From Magnetococcales bacterium (GTDB taxonomy: Bacteria; Pseudomonadota; Magnetococcia; Magnetococcales; JADGAQ01): DNA of 64,000 bases. A program made the translations under genes and the position numbers. How positions within the stretch are numbered: position 1 is the first letter of the stretch; every line of letters begins with the position of its first letter. Positions 9,534 to 17,622 of this stretch are shown here, piece after piece. The DNA lies in assembly GCA_015231925.1 (NCBI GenBank), contig JADGAQ010000001.1, forward strand, positions 18,728-82,727, given 5' to 3'. The notes under the pieces were generated by a model. The model worked only from the letters and a program-made list of their open reading frames with translations, made no database searches and was not told where the DNA came from.

Positions 9534-10391
9534 ATGAGTTCTTCTCCGTGGATCATCGAAGCGAATACACAGAACTTTCGCAGCCAGGTGGTGGAGCGTT
9601 CCCGCACCACGCCGGTACTGGTGGATTTTTGGGCTCCCTGGTGCAATCCCTGCCGCACATTGGGGCCCATTCTGGAGAAGCTGGCCCGTGAGGGTGAGGG
9701 GCGCTTTGTGCTGGCCAAGGTCAACTCCGACCAGAACCCCGATCTGGGGCGCTATTTCCAGGTCAAGAGCATTCCGGCGGTGAAGTTGATCATCAACGGG
9801 CAGGTGGTGGATGAGTTCACCGGGGCGTTGCCGGAGTCGGGGATCCGCAAGTTTCTCGACAAGGCCATTCCCAGCCCGGAGGATCGGCTGGCCGAGCAGG
9901 GTATGATGTTGGAGGAAAGCGGGGATTTGAACCGGGCTGCCGGTTGTTATCAGGCGGTATTGGAGCGCAATGCCGCCCATGCCCCGAGTCTGTTGGGCAT
10001 GGCCCGCATCTACCTTGCGGCAGGGGAGAAGGAGCAGGCCAAGGCGTTTCTGGAAAAACTGCCCGCCAAGGAGGCCGAGTCCCCGGAGGCCAAGTCGCTG
10101 AAGGCGCAGATTGAATTCGATGCCTCCGATCTGGACACCTCGGCGTTGGAGGCGCGTATCGCCGCCGACCCTGGTGATCTTCAGGCCCGTCTGGACCTGG
10201 GACGGGCTCTGGTCGGGGATGAACAGTTCGCTGCGGGCATGGATCAGTTTCTGGCGGTGGTGCGGGCGGATCGCTCCTTCCAGGAGGATGCGGGTCGCAA
10301 GGCGATGCTGCAGGTATTCGATCTTCTCGGTCCGAAACATCCCTTGGTGGTGCAGTATCGCTCAAAGCTCTCCTCGATTCTCTTTTCGTGA
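9534..10391 (+). CDS. thioredoxin-domain protein with C-terminal TPR-like domain (YbbN/CnoX-type co-chaperone)
   Basis: 285 aa. It has a thioredoxin fold with an intact WCNPC active site (VLVDFWAPWCNPCRTLGP). A helical TPR-like C-terminal half follows. Confidence 0.85.
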   Translation: MSSSPWIIEANTQNFRSQVVERSRTTPVLVDFWAPWCNPCRTLGPILEKLAREGEGRFVLAKVNSDQNPDLGRYFQVKSIPAVKLIINGQVVDEFTGALPESGIRKFLDKAIPSPEDRLAEQGMMLEESGDLNRAAGCYQAVLERNAAHAPSLLGMARIYLAAGEKEQAKAFLEKLPAKEAESPEAKSLKAQIEFDASDLDTSALEARIAADPGDLQARLDLGRALVGDEQFAAGMDQFLAVVRADRSFQEDAGRKAMLQVFDLLGPKHPLVVQYRSKLSSILFS

Positions 10392-10402
10392 GGGCGTCGG
10401 AC

Positions 10403-11596
10403 ATGGAGACCGGGCCGAGGGTACTGGTGACGCCGCGCAAGAAGATGCCGTTGACCATTCCCCAGGGCATGACTCCGGTGGAGTTTTACAACAGCGCCGC
10501 CAATCTGAAGAATCTGGCCCGGGAGAATGGTCTGTTGCGTACTCCCGAGGACTTTCTGCTCTATCGCAAGCTGTTGGGCCACAGCATCGAGTTTGACACC
10601 TCCATCATTCTGGATACCTCGCAGCGCATCTTGAATCCCCTGGGCAGACCGGTGCGGCGGGATCAACTGACCCATCAGGAGAAGCGGGTTTGGAGCCGCA
10701 TGACCCAGTTGATTCTGGAAGACATGTTGATGCGTTATCCGGATCCGGGCCAGCATGTCATCTTGTGCGGCGAGGCGAGTCTGGATGCCACCTGGCCTTT
10801 GTCGAAGCCGGGGGTTCCCAGTATTCGCATGATTCACAACCACTTCATCTGTTTTCCGGTCACGGATCTGGCAGCGGCCCGGATGGCGCGGGTGGATGAT
10901 CCCAATCTGACGGACAGCGGGCATCACAGCCTTTTCCTGTCGCGGTTGAGCGCGGTTTACGTGCGTTTTCTGGAGGCCTTGGATCTCAAGCAGTTGCGCC
11001 CGGTGGTGACGCGGGAGGCGCGGTTGTCCTTGACGGGGTATCCCAAGGGATTGCCGAGTTGGGAGGTGGTGGACGGTGTTGCGGCGTTGGGCAGACCGGC
11101 TTTCTGGGCGGAATATGACCGGGTGTTGATGGGTTTCCTGGATTTTTACCGCACCTTTTTCAGCCAGGTTTCCTCACGGGGCGCGGAGGCGGTCGCAGAG
11201 TTGCACTTTCCGGATCATGTGGAAAATATTTTATTGTTTTCCAATGACTTTCATAAGGGGGTGCTGGAGGTTCGCAACCGTATCCTGGCGGACCCGCAGT
11301 TTGCCAACGAGGTGCGTTGGCAGCCGGCGTACAAGCAGATTTTGTATCGGGATGACCGGGGGCGGTTGATTGTGACCATCAGTCAGAACTCGGTGGGCAA
11401 TGCCATTACGGAGTTGTTGGGCATTGTGGTGGAGCGGAAAGAGGATGAAGCGGCTTATCGGGCGGCGGAACCGGGCCTGATCGGCAGGCTGCTGGAGGTG
11501 CGGCGCAAGTTGATGGAGGCGGATTTGGGCAGCCCGATTTCGGCCCCGAACTGGCCGGAAGACACTTTTGTGCCGGATCCTGTATCTGTTCAATAA
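10403..11596 (+). CDS. hypothetical protein (397 aa from ATG 10403; the track ORF starts at GTG 10388)
   Basis: This is a long ORF with genome-typical codon usage. ATG 10403 is preceded by GAGGG. I can assign no family. The only motif noticed is SIRMIHNHFICFP, a weak H-x-H as in HIT/GalT-type nucleotidyl transferases. Confidence 0.6.
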   Translation: METGPRVLVTPRKKMPLTIPQGMTPVEFYNSAANLKNLARENGLLRTPEDFLLYRKLLGHSIEFDTSIILDTSQRILNPLGRPVRRDQLTHQEKRVWSRMTQLILEDMLMRYPDPGQHVILCGEASLDATWPLSKPGVPSIRMIHNHFICFPVTDLAAARMARVDDPNLTDSGHHSLFLSRLSAVYVRFLEALDLKQLRPVVTREARLSLTGYPKGLPSWEVVDGVAALGRPAFWAEYDRVLMGFLDFYRTFFSQVSSRGAEAVAELHFPDHVENILLFSNDFHKGVLEVRNRILADPQFANEVRWQPAYKQILYRDDRGRLIVTISQNSVGNAITELLGIVVERKEDEAAYRAAEPGLIGRLLEVRRKLMEADLGSPISAPNWPEDTFVPDPVSVQ

Positions 11597-11629
11597 AATC
11601 CTTTTATTAATAAAAAGGGTTGGGGGAGT

Positions 11630-11669
11630 TTGAGGGGGAGCTCTGCTGCCCCCTCAAGGTTTTTCTTTT
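11630..11669 (+). terminator. rho-independent terminator after the 402-aa ORF
   Basis: TTGAGGGGG-agctctgctg-CCCCCTCAA forms a 9-bp stem and is followed by GGTTTTTCTTTTC. An additional AT-rich imperfect hairpin precedes it at about 11600-11619. Confidence 0.7.
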
Positions 11670-11670
11670 C

Positions 11671-11799
11671 GTATCTGTTCAGGTATACGGGGTTTTGGGG
11701 GGATTATCCCCACCCCAACGGGTCCAGGGGGCACCCCTGGGACTTTTCCTTGCGCTGTTGACTCCGTCATGTCGCGCTGCACAGGGCCCTGAATAGTTA
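11671..11799 (+). repeat. 129-nt GC-rich structured repeat, copy A (possible ncRNA or mobile-element terminus)
   Basis: It aligns end to end with the reverse complement of 60331..60458, with about 20 differences by hand alignment. Hairpins are visible at about 11697-11716 (GGGGA-tta-TCCCC core) and at 11725-11741 (CCAGGGG-gca-CCCCTGG). Confidence 0.8.
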
Positions 11800-11825
11800 T
11801 TTCTTTTCTATCATCTAATAATATA

Positions 11826-12204
11826 TCAAAAGAAAGCATAATCAATCCGTTCCAGGAAATGAATATCGCTGAAACAAACCCTCAAAATCATCTCCAGTCT
11901 GTCGCGCATCAACGACAACCACAAAGAATGCTCCGCACCGTCATCATAATGCTCAAACGCCGATCCGGTATTATAGGGCGGATCGATGAACACACACTTC
12001 ACCTTGCCGGCGAACTCCTGCTCCAAGGCCTTCAAGGCCAGCAGGGTGTTCCCGAAGATCAGCCGGTTATCGTAAAGGTCCCCTGCGGTCCCCGGTGGCG
12101 GGCATGGTGGGATTTCGTCGCATCTTCCAGCAGAATGCGCGGCTCCGTCGAGGGCGGTACTCCTTGCCGATCCAGGTGAGTTCGAGTTTTGGCTTGTTGT
12201 TCAT
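11826..12204 (-). pseudogene. N6-adenine (DPPY-type) DNA methyltransferase, N-terminal remnant with at least two frameshifts and a 3' truncation
   Basis: The minus strand from ATG 12204..12202 reads MNNKPKLELTWIGKEY. A second frame then reads ..EPRILLED... A third frame reads GDLYDNRLIFGNTLLALKALEQEFAGKVKCVFIDPPYNTGSAFEHYDDGAEHSLWLSLMRDRLEMI and stops at 11826. DPPY is methyltransferase motif IV. Only about 125 codons remain of what is normally a far longer protein. Confidence 0.75.
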
Positions 12205-12809
12205 TGAGAGGAGTCTTTCGTTTGCGGTATGGCATTACGGGATTTATTGACTTTATTAACAACTTGAGACAAAAAACCGACTCGCCATGAATATGCTTCT
12301 GCAAGACCTTGTTCACTAATGGTTAATATATGAGGATTGATCGCTGCCTCGAAGTTTTCTAGCCACCAGTGGTCAATTTTGTGAATAAGGCTCAAGATGG
12401 CTTCTATGTGGCCGATCTCGATCATGGGGGTATGGTCATTAATAAGAATTCGTGTTATCCTATGGGCAATCTCGTTGCGATATTTGCGAAGCTCCTGGAT
12501 TAAGTCTGTTTCTTCATCTGATAGTACTTCCCATTCTTTCCATTGCGCTAATTGCATTTCGAATTGTTTCGTCCCAGAGAACAAATGTGTGTATTTTTCT
12601 TGAACTTTGAACTCAATCTGTCCTGATTCAGAAGATATATCAGAAAAGAAGGTTTCCAAATGCTCGCGTATTGCTGTCTGCAACATTTCCCACGCCAGAA
12701 GATAAAGTCCCGCGAGTTGAATTTGTTGCTCCAGACAACCGTCATCATCTAGAAGAAAGCGGCGCAGTTTATTAAGAGGTTCTTCCGAATCAGACATTAT
12801 CGAGTCCAT
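12201..12809 (-). CDS. HEPN-like (Rx4H) protein, candidate Abi/toxin-type RNase
   Basis: This is a 202-aa ORF in AT-rich DNA with atypical codon usage. It contains ..IQELRKYRNEIAHRITRIL.., where R-N-E-I-A-H is the Rx4H HEPN catalytic motif in the RNxxAH form seen in Abi_2-type proteins. Its TGA overlaps the ATG of the methyltransferase remnant (ATGA at 12201-12204). A TATAAT box on the minus strand (plus-strand 12838-12843) lies about 30 nt upstream of its ATG. Confidence 0.6.
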   Translation of the reverse strand: MDSIMSDSEEPLNKLRRFLLDDDGCLEQQIQLAGLYLLAWEMLQTAIREHLETFFSDISSESGQIEFKVQEKYTHLFSGTKQFEMQLAQWKEWEVLSDEETDLIQELRKYRNEIAHRITRILINDHTPMIEIGHIEAILSLIHKIDHWWLENFEAAINPHILTISEQGLAEAYSWRVGFLSQVVNKVNKSRNAIPQTKDSSQ

Positions 12810-12887
12810 TGTATAGCAAGTTTATTTGGCGTGGCCAATTATACCCTATTTATGAATATCTAACCTGTATAAATTGTTATTACCAGG

Positions 12888-13715
12888 CTAAAGATCCACC
12901 GTCAACACTTCCCCCAAAGCCATCCCACCCAGAAAGCGTTGCGCCACTTCGCGGAAGCGTTCCGCCGTATCGGTGACCATCAGTTGCAACCCCCCTTTGC
13001 GCCGGGCGGGGGCGGGGAAGAGGCGGCTGCCCAGGATGGCGGAAAGCTCTTCCGCCACCGCCTGGGCGGAATCGACCAGATGCACTTTATCCCCCATGAC
13101 CTCCTGGATCAGCGGTTTCAGCAGCGGATAATGGGTGCATCCCAGAATCAGGGTGTCGATCTTCTGCCCCTGTAACGGGGCCAGGGTGTCGGCCACGATC
13201 AGCCGGGTGGCGGCGTGGTCCAGCCAACCCTCCTCGACCAGGGGCACGAAAAGGGGGCATGGCAGGGAAATGGTGCGCAGTCGCTTGTCCAACTGGGAGA
13301 GGGTTGAGGCATAGGCTCCGCTGGCCACGGTGGAGCGGGTGGCGATCACCCCGATGCGTCCGGTTTGGCTGGCAGCCAGGGCCGCCTTGCAGCCCGGCTC
13401 GATCACCCCCACCACCGGGATGGGAATGGTCTCGACCAGAGCGGGCAAGCCCATGGCCGAGGCGGTGTTGCAAGCCACCACCAGAGCCTTGACCTCGCGG
13501 GCCAGAAGATAATCGGCCACCTGCAGGGTGTAACGCGCCACGGTGCGGGCCGATTTGGAACCGTAAGGCACCCGCGCCGTATCCCCCAGATAGAGATACT
13601 GTTCTCCGGGAAGCTGCCCCAGAAGGGCCCGAAGTACCGTCAATCCGCCGATTCCCGAGTCGAAAATGCCGATGGGATGGGGATCCTCACGCCCTGAAAT
13701 GGTGTTTCCTTCCAT
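12888..13715 (-). CDS. murI: glutamate racemase
   Basis: 275 aa with the motifs IGIFDSGIGGLTVL, LVVACNTAS and LILGCTHYPLL. Confidence 0.95.
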   Translation of the reverse strand: MEGNTISGREDPHPIGIFDSGIGGLTVLRALLGQLPGEQYLYLGDTARVPYGSKSARTVARYTLQVADYLLAREVKALVVACNTASAMGLPALVETIPIPVVGVIEPGCKAALAASQTGRIGVIATRSTVASGAYASTLSQLDKRLRTISLPCPLFVPLVEEGWLDHAATRLIVADTLAPLQGQKIDTLILGCTHYPLLKPLIQEVMGDKVHLVDSAQAVAEELSAILGSRLFPAPARRKGGLQLMVTDTAERFREVAQRFLGGMALGEVLTVDL

Positions 13716-13863
13716 GGACCGACCGCTCCTTACCTTTATAACACGGTGTTACGGCCAGGGTACGCCAGGAGCGGAACCCATGCAACCGCATGCATCGCAC
13801 CGATTACGGAACAAAAAACGTTGCATCCTGCCACCGGCTTTTGATACCTTCCCCCCTGCCAGT

Positions 13864-13948
13864 GCGGATGTGGTGGAACTGGTAGACACGCTGTCTTGAG
13901 GGGGCAGTGGCGAGAGTCATGCCGGTTCAAATCCGGCCATCCGCACCA
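13864..13948 (+). tRNA. tRNA-Leu (anticodon GAG), class II with long variable arm, CCA encoded
   Basis: The acceptor stem is GCGGATG/CATCCGC. The anticodon stem is CTGTC/GGCAG with loop TTGAGGG. The T-arm is GCCGG-TTCAAAT-CCGGC. The 3' end is A-CCA. Confidence 0.9.
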
Positions 13949-14037
13949 ATTTACGTTTGCAGGTATTGCATGCAAAGGCCTTTCCGCCCACAATGGCGCA
14001 AAGGCCTTTTTGCTGTCTATCCCCTTGCGGAGCCGGA

Positions 14038-17000
14038 ATGGCCCACGCCCGCTTTGTTCACCTCCATGTGCATACCTGCTATTCGCTGCTCAAGTCCACC
14101 GTTCGCATCGAATCCCTGATCGAACGGGCCAAGAGCTGGCGCATGCCGGCCTTGGCCATTGCGGATCAGGGCAATCTCTTCGCCGCCATCGCCTTCTATA
14201 CCCAGTGCCTCAAGTCGGGGATAAAACCCTTGATGGGGGCGCAGATCCTGGTGGTGCCCGACCGCCTGGAAAAACGCTCCCGGCACGACCGGGAGGTGCG
14301 GGATCAACTGGTACTGTTGTGCCGCAATCAGACTGGTTGGCGCAACCTGCTGGCCATACTCTCCATCGGCTACAACGAAGGCATGCACGGGGCTCCACGG
14401 GTCGATGCCAAGGTGCTGGACGCCCACAGCGAGGGACTGATCGTGCTGTCGGGGGGGCTGAAGGGGGAGGTGGCCCGACATCTGCTGGCCGGTCACGCCG
14501 ACGAGGCTCGCGAGGCGGCCATGCGCTGGGCCACCTGCTTTGCCGGCCGCGACAACCAGCCCAACTTCTACATGGAAATTCAGCGTCACGGCCTGCCCGG
14601 CGAAGAGGGGGTCAACGCCCGACTGGTGGCCTTGGCCCAGGAACTCGATCTGCCCCTGGTGGCCACGGGCGATGTCCACTTCCTGAGACGCGAGGAGCAG
14701 AAAGCCCAGGAGGTTCTGGCCTGCATCGGCCTGGGTTTGACCCTCAACCACGAGGAGCGTCCCCGTCTCGACGAAAGCCACGCCCTGCTGTCCCCTCAGG
14801 AGATGGCGCAACGTTTCGCCGATCTGCCCGAAGCCCTGGAAAACACCCTGCACATCGCCCGACGCTGCAATCTTCAATTGCGTCTGGGCAAACCGATGCT
14901 GCCCCACTACCCCCGGGTGCCCGAGGGCTTGAAGCTGGAAGGCTATCTCTCCGATCTGGCCCGGCAAGGGCTGGAGAGGCGGCTGGCGGAGTACGTCTGC
15001 GTGCAGCTTCCCGAAGAGCTGACGGAAGAGACCGGTCGCGCCTATCGGGACCGGCTCAATTACGAACTTGGCGTCATCGTGCAGATGGGGTTTGCCGGTT
15101 ACTTCCTCATTGTGTCTGACTTCATCCGGCACGCCAAGCACCAGGGGATTCCCGTGGGACCGGGACGCGGATCGGGCGCCGGTTCGCTGGTGGCCTACGC
15201 CCTGGATATCACCGATCTCGATCCCATCGAACACCAGCTTCTTTTCGAACGCTTTCTCAATCCCGAGCGGGTCTCCATGCCCGACTTCGACGTGGACTTC
15301 TGCCAGGACCGGCGCGGGGAGGTCATCGAATACGTCAAGGAGACCTACGGCGCCGATCGGGTGGCCCAGATCATCACCTTCGGCACGTTGATGGCGAGAG
15401 CGGTGCTGCGGGACGTGGGGCGGGTCATGGAGTTTCCCTACAGTCGGGTGGATCGCATCGCCAAACTGGTGCCGCCCACCCTGGGCATCACCTTGAAGGA
15501 CGCCCTGGAGCAGGAGGACAAGCTGCGCCAGATGGTGGCGGAAGATCCCGATGTGGGTTCCCTGGTGGAGATGGCGCTCATTCTGGAGGGCTTGCCCCGT
15601 TCCGCAGGTACCCATGCCGCCGGTGTGGTCATTTCCGATGGTCCCCTGACCGACACGGTGCCCCTCTATCGCGATCCCCGCTCCGACATGCCCGTCACCC
15701 AGTTCAACATGGGGGATGCGGAGAAGGCGGGGCTGGTCAAATTCGACTTCCTGGGGCTGAAGACCCTGACGGTCATCGACCAGACCCTCAAGATGGTCAA
15801 CGCCACCCGAGCCGCGGATGAGGCGGTGGATGTGGCGCTGTTGCCCATGGATGACCGGCCCACCTTCAAACTGCTCTGCGATGGCCATACCCGGGGTGTT
15901 TTCCAGCTGGAATCGTCGGGCATGCGGGAGTTGCTGCGCCGGCTGGCCCCGGACACCTTCGCCGACATCGTGGCTCTGGTGGCTCTCTACCGGCCCGGAC
16001 CCCTCGGGTCGGGCATGGTGGACGATTTCATCAACGGCAAACACGGTCGTGTGGAGGTGCGCTATTTTCTGCCGGAGCTGGAGCCCATTCTCAAGGAGAC
16101 CTACGGGGTAATCCTCTACCAGGAGCAGGTGATGCAGATTGCCCGCGTGCTGGCGGGTTATACCCTGGGGGGGGCCGATCTGTTGCGCCGGGCCATGGGC
16201 AAGAAGAAGCTCTCGGAGATGGCGGCCCAGCGGCAGAGCTTCCTGGAAGGGGCGCGCAACCACCGGGTGCCGGTGGAGATGGCCACCCACATCTTCGAGC
16301 TGATGGAGAAGTTCGCCGGTTACGGCTTCAATAAATCCCACTCCGCCGCCTATGCCCTGATCTCCTATCAAACCGCCTGGTTGAAGGCCCATTATCCCCG
16401 GGAATTCCTGGCCGCGACCCTGACCTGCGACATGGAAAACACCGACAAGGTGATCACCTTCGTGCGGGAGTGTCAGAGTCGGGGCATTCCCGTCCTTTCG
16501 CCGGACTGCAACCGTTCCGGCAAGGGTTTTACCGTGGAGGAGAAGGGCATACGTTTCGGACTGGCGGCCATCAAGAATGTGGGCGAAGGAGCGGTGGACG
16601 CCCTGCTTGCCGCCCGTTCCCAGGGGGGGGCTTTCAAGGATCTGGGAGATCTTTGCCGCCGTAGCGACGCCTCCCGGCTCAACCGGCGGGTTATGGAGAA
16701 CCTGATCAAGTCCGGGGCCTGCGACGCCCTGGGCCCCCATCGCGCCGCTCTGCTGGAAGAGTTGCCCGCGGCCATGGGGGAGGGGGTGCGCCGTCAGGAG
16801 GCCAAGGCCATGGGCCTGCGCAGCCTTTTCGGCGAAGAGGGTGAGGAGACCGTTGCCGAAACGGGCCCGAATCGTCGCAAGGTTCCGCCCTGGACCGACG
16901 CTGTGCAACTGGAAGCGGAAAAAGAGGCGTTGGGCTTTTACATTACCGGCCATCCCCTGCGAAAATATGCCGAGGAGTTTGCCAGCTACGGCCTGGAAAG

Positions 17001-17616
17001 CACCGGTTCCCTGCGGGAGAGGCTCCTGCCCGGCGAGGCTCAGGCCGAAGGGGCGGCCCTGGCCACGACGCTTCAGACCGGCATCGCCGGCCTGGTCATC
17101 GAACGCAAGCTGCACAAGACCCGCAAGGGGGATCGCATGGCCTTCATCACCGTGGAGGACATGGACGGGCAGATCGAGGTGGTGATTTTTCCGGAGGTCT
17201 TCGAGGCCTGCCGGGGGTTGCTGGAAAGCGATGCGGTGGTGGTGGTGGAAGGGGTGGCCGAAGCCGGGGAAGATGCGGTCAAGATGGTGGCGGAGCGGGT
17301 GCAGCCGCTGCAAACCTTTCGCAAGGATCGGGCGCGTTGTCTGATTCTCTCCCTGAACGAAGAGGAGGTGCAGGCAGTGCGTCTGGAGCGCCTGCGCATG
17401 GCCTGGCAACCCTTTCAGGGGGGGGCCTGCCAGATTTTTCTGAAAGTCCGCTTCGAGGTGGCCCACGGCTGGTACAAACTGGGCGAGGCGTGCCGGGTTC
17501 AGCCCGAAGAGGCGTTGCTGACTGCTTTGATCGATGAACTGGGTTCCGGGCGCGCCCTGTTTCGTGGTAGTTTGCCTGCGGATTTGGAAGCCGAATATTC
17601 TCTCAGAAACGGGTAA
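14038..17616 (+). CDS. dnaE: DNA polymerase III alpha subunit
   Basis: The N-terminus from ATG 14038 is canonical (MAHARFVHLHVHTCYSLL, PHP domain). The polymerase core follows (PDFDVDF, GRGSGAGSLVAY, GLVKFDFLGL), then an OB-fold C-terminus. The track start 13957 would begin 8 nt after the tRNA and is rejected. Confidence 0.95.
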   Translation: MAHARFVHLHVHTCYSLLKSTVRIESLIERAKSWRMPALAIADQGNLFAAIAFYTQCLKSGIKPLMGAQILVVPDRLEKRSRHDREVRDQLVLLCRNQTGWRNLLAILSIGYNEGMHGAPRVDAKVLDAHSEGLIVLSGGLKGEVARHLLAGHADEAREAAMRWATCFAGRDNQPNFYMEIQRHGLPGEEGVNARLVALAQELDLPLVATGDVHFLRREEQKAQEVLACIGLGLTLNHEERPRLDESHALLSPQEMAQRFADLPEALENTLHIARRCNLQLRLGKPMLPHYPRVPEGLKLEGYLSDLARQGLERRLAEYVCVQLPEELTEETGRAYRDRLNYELGVIVQMGFAGYFLIVSDFIRHAKHQGIPVGPGRGSGAGSLVAYALDITDLDPIEHQLLFERFLNPERVSMPDFDVDFCQDRRGEVIEYVKETYGADRVAQIITFGTLMARAVLRDVGRVMEFPYSRVDRIAKLVPPTLGITLKDALEQEDKLRQMVAEDPDVGSLVEMALILEGLPRSAGTHAAGVVISDGPLTDTVPLYRDPRSDMPVTQFNMGDAEKAGLVKFDFLGLKTLTVIDQTLKMVNATRAADEAVDVALLPMDDRPTFKLLCDGHTRGVFQLESSGMRELLRRLAPDTFADIVALVALYRPGPLGSGMVDDFINGKHGRVEVRYFLPELEPILKETYGVILYQEQVMQIARVLAGYTLGGADLLRRAMGKKKLSEMAAQRQSFLEGARNHRVPVEMATHIFELMEKFAGYGFNKSHSAAYALISYQTAWLKAHYPREFLAATLTCDMENTDKVITFVRECQSRGIPVLSPDCNRSGKGFTVEEKGIRFGLAAIKNVGEGAVDALLAARSQGGAFKDLGDLCRRSDASRLNRRVMENLIKSGACDALGPHRAALLEELPAAMGEGVRRQEAKAMGLRSLFGEEGEETVAETGPNRRKVPPWTDAVQLEAEKEALGFYITGHPLRKYAEEFASYGLESTGSLRERLLPGEAQAEGAALATTLQTGIAGLVIERKLHKTRKGDRMAFITVEDMDGQIEVVIFPEVFEACRGLLESDAVVVVEGVAEAGEDAVKMVAERVQPLQTFRKDRARCLILSLNEEEVQAVRLERLRMAWQPFQGGACQIFLKVRFEVAHGWYKLGEACRVQPEEALLTALIDELGSGRALFRGSLPADLEAEYSLRNG

Positions 17617-17622
17617 ATTGTT

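Noticed and set aside
11654-11845. A 63-aa minus-strand ORF covering repeat copy A, and a 7-codon mini-ORF (ATG..TGA) present near the end of both copies.
   Set aside because: Copy B has indels that break the long frame, and the amino-acid sequences are not conserved. Substitutions are not biased to third positions. The 7-codon ORF changes 4 of 7 residues between copies.
13957-14037. Extended N-termini offered by the ORF track. These are dnaE from 13957, thiE ORF from 34890, GT2 from 25617, the Trx/HEAT gene from 38541, PiT from 58625, serC from 46815, fba from 18884, the caspase gene from 19917 and apaH from 41410.
   Set aside because: In each case a downstream start gives the canonical family N-terminus, usually with a Shine-Dalgarno sequence. 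The extension would also overlap the preceding gene or tRNA.
14017-17466. A 1149-aa ORF on the minus strand, the longest non-annotated ORF in the window.
   Set aside because: It is exactly antisense to dnaE, which has unmistakable polymerase III alpha motifs. Its product is Gly/Pro/Arg/His/Gln-rich with no motifs. Stop-poor antisense frames are expected in GC-rich coding DNA.
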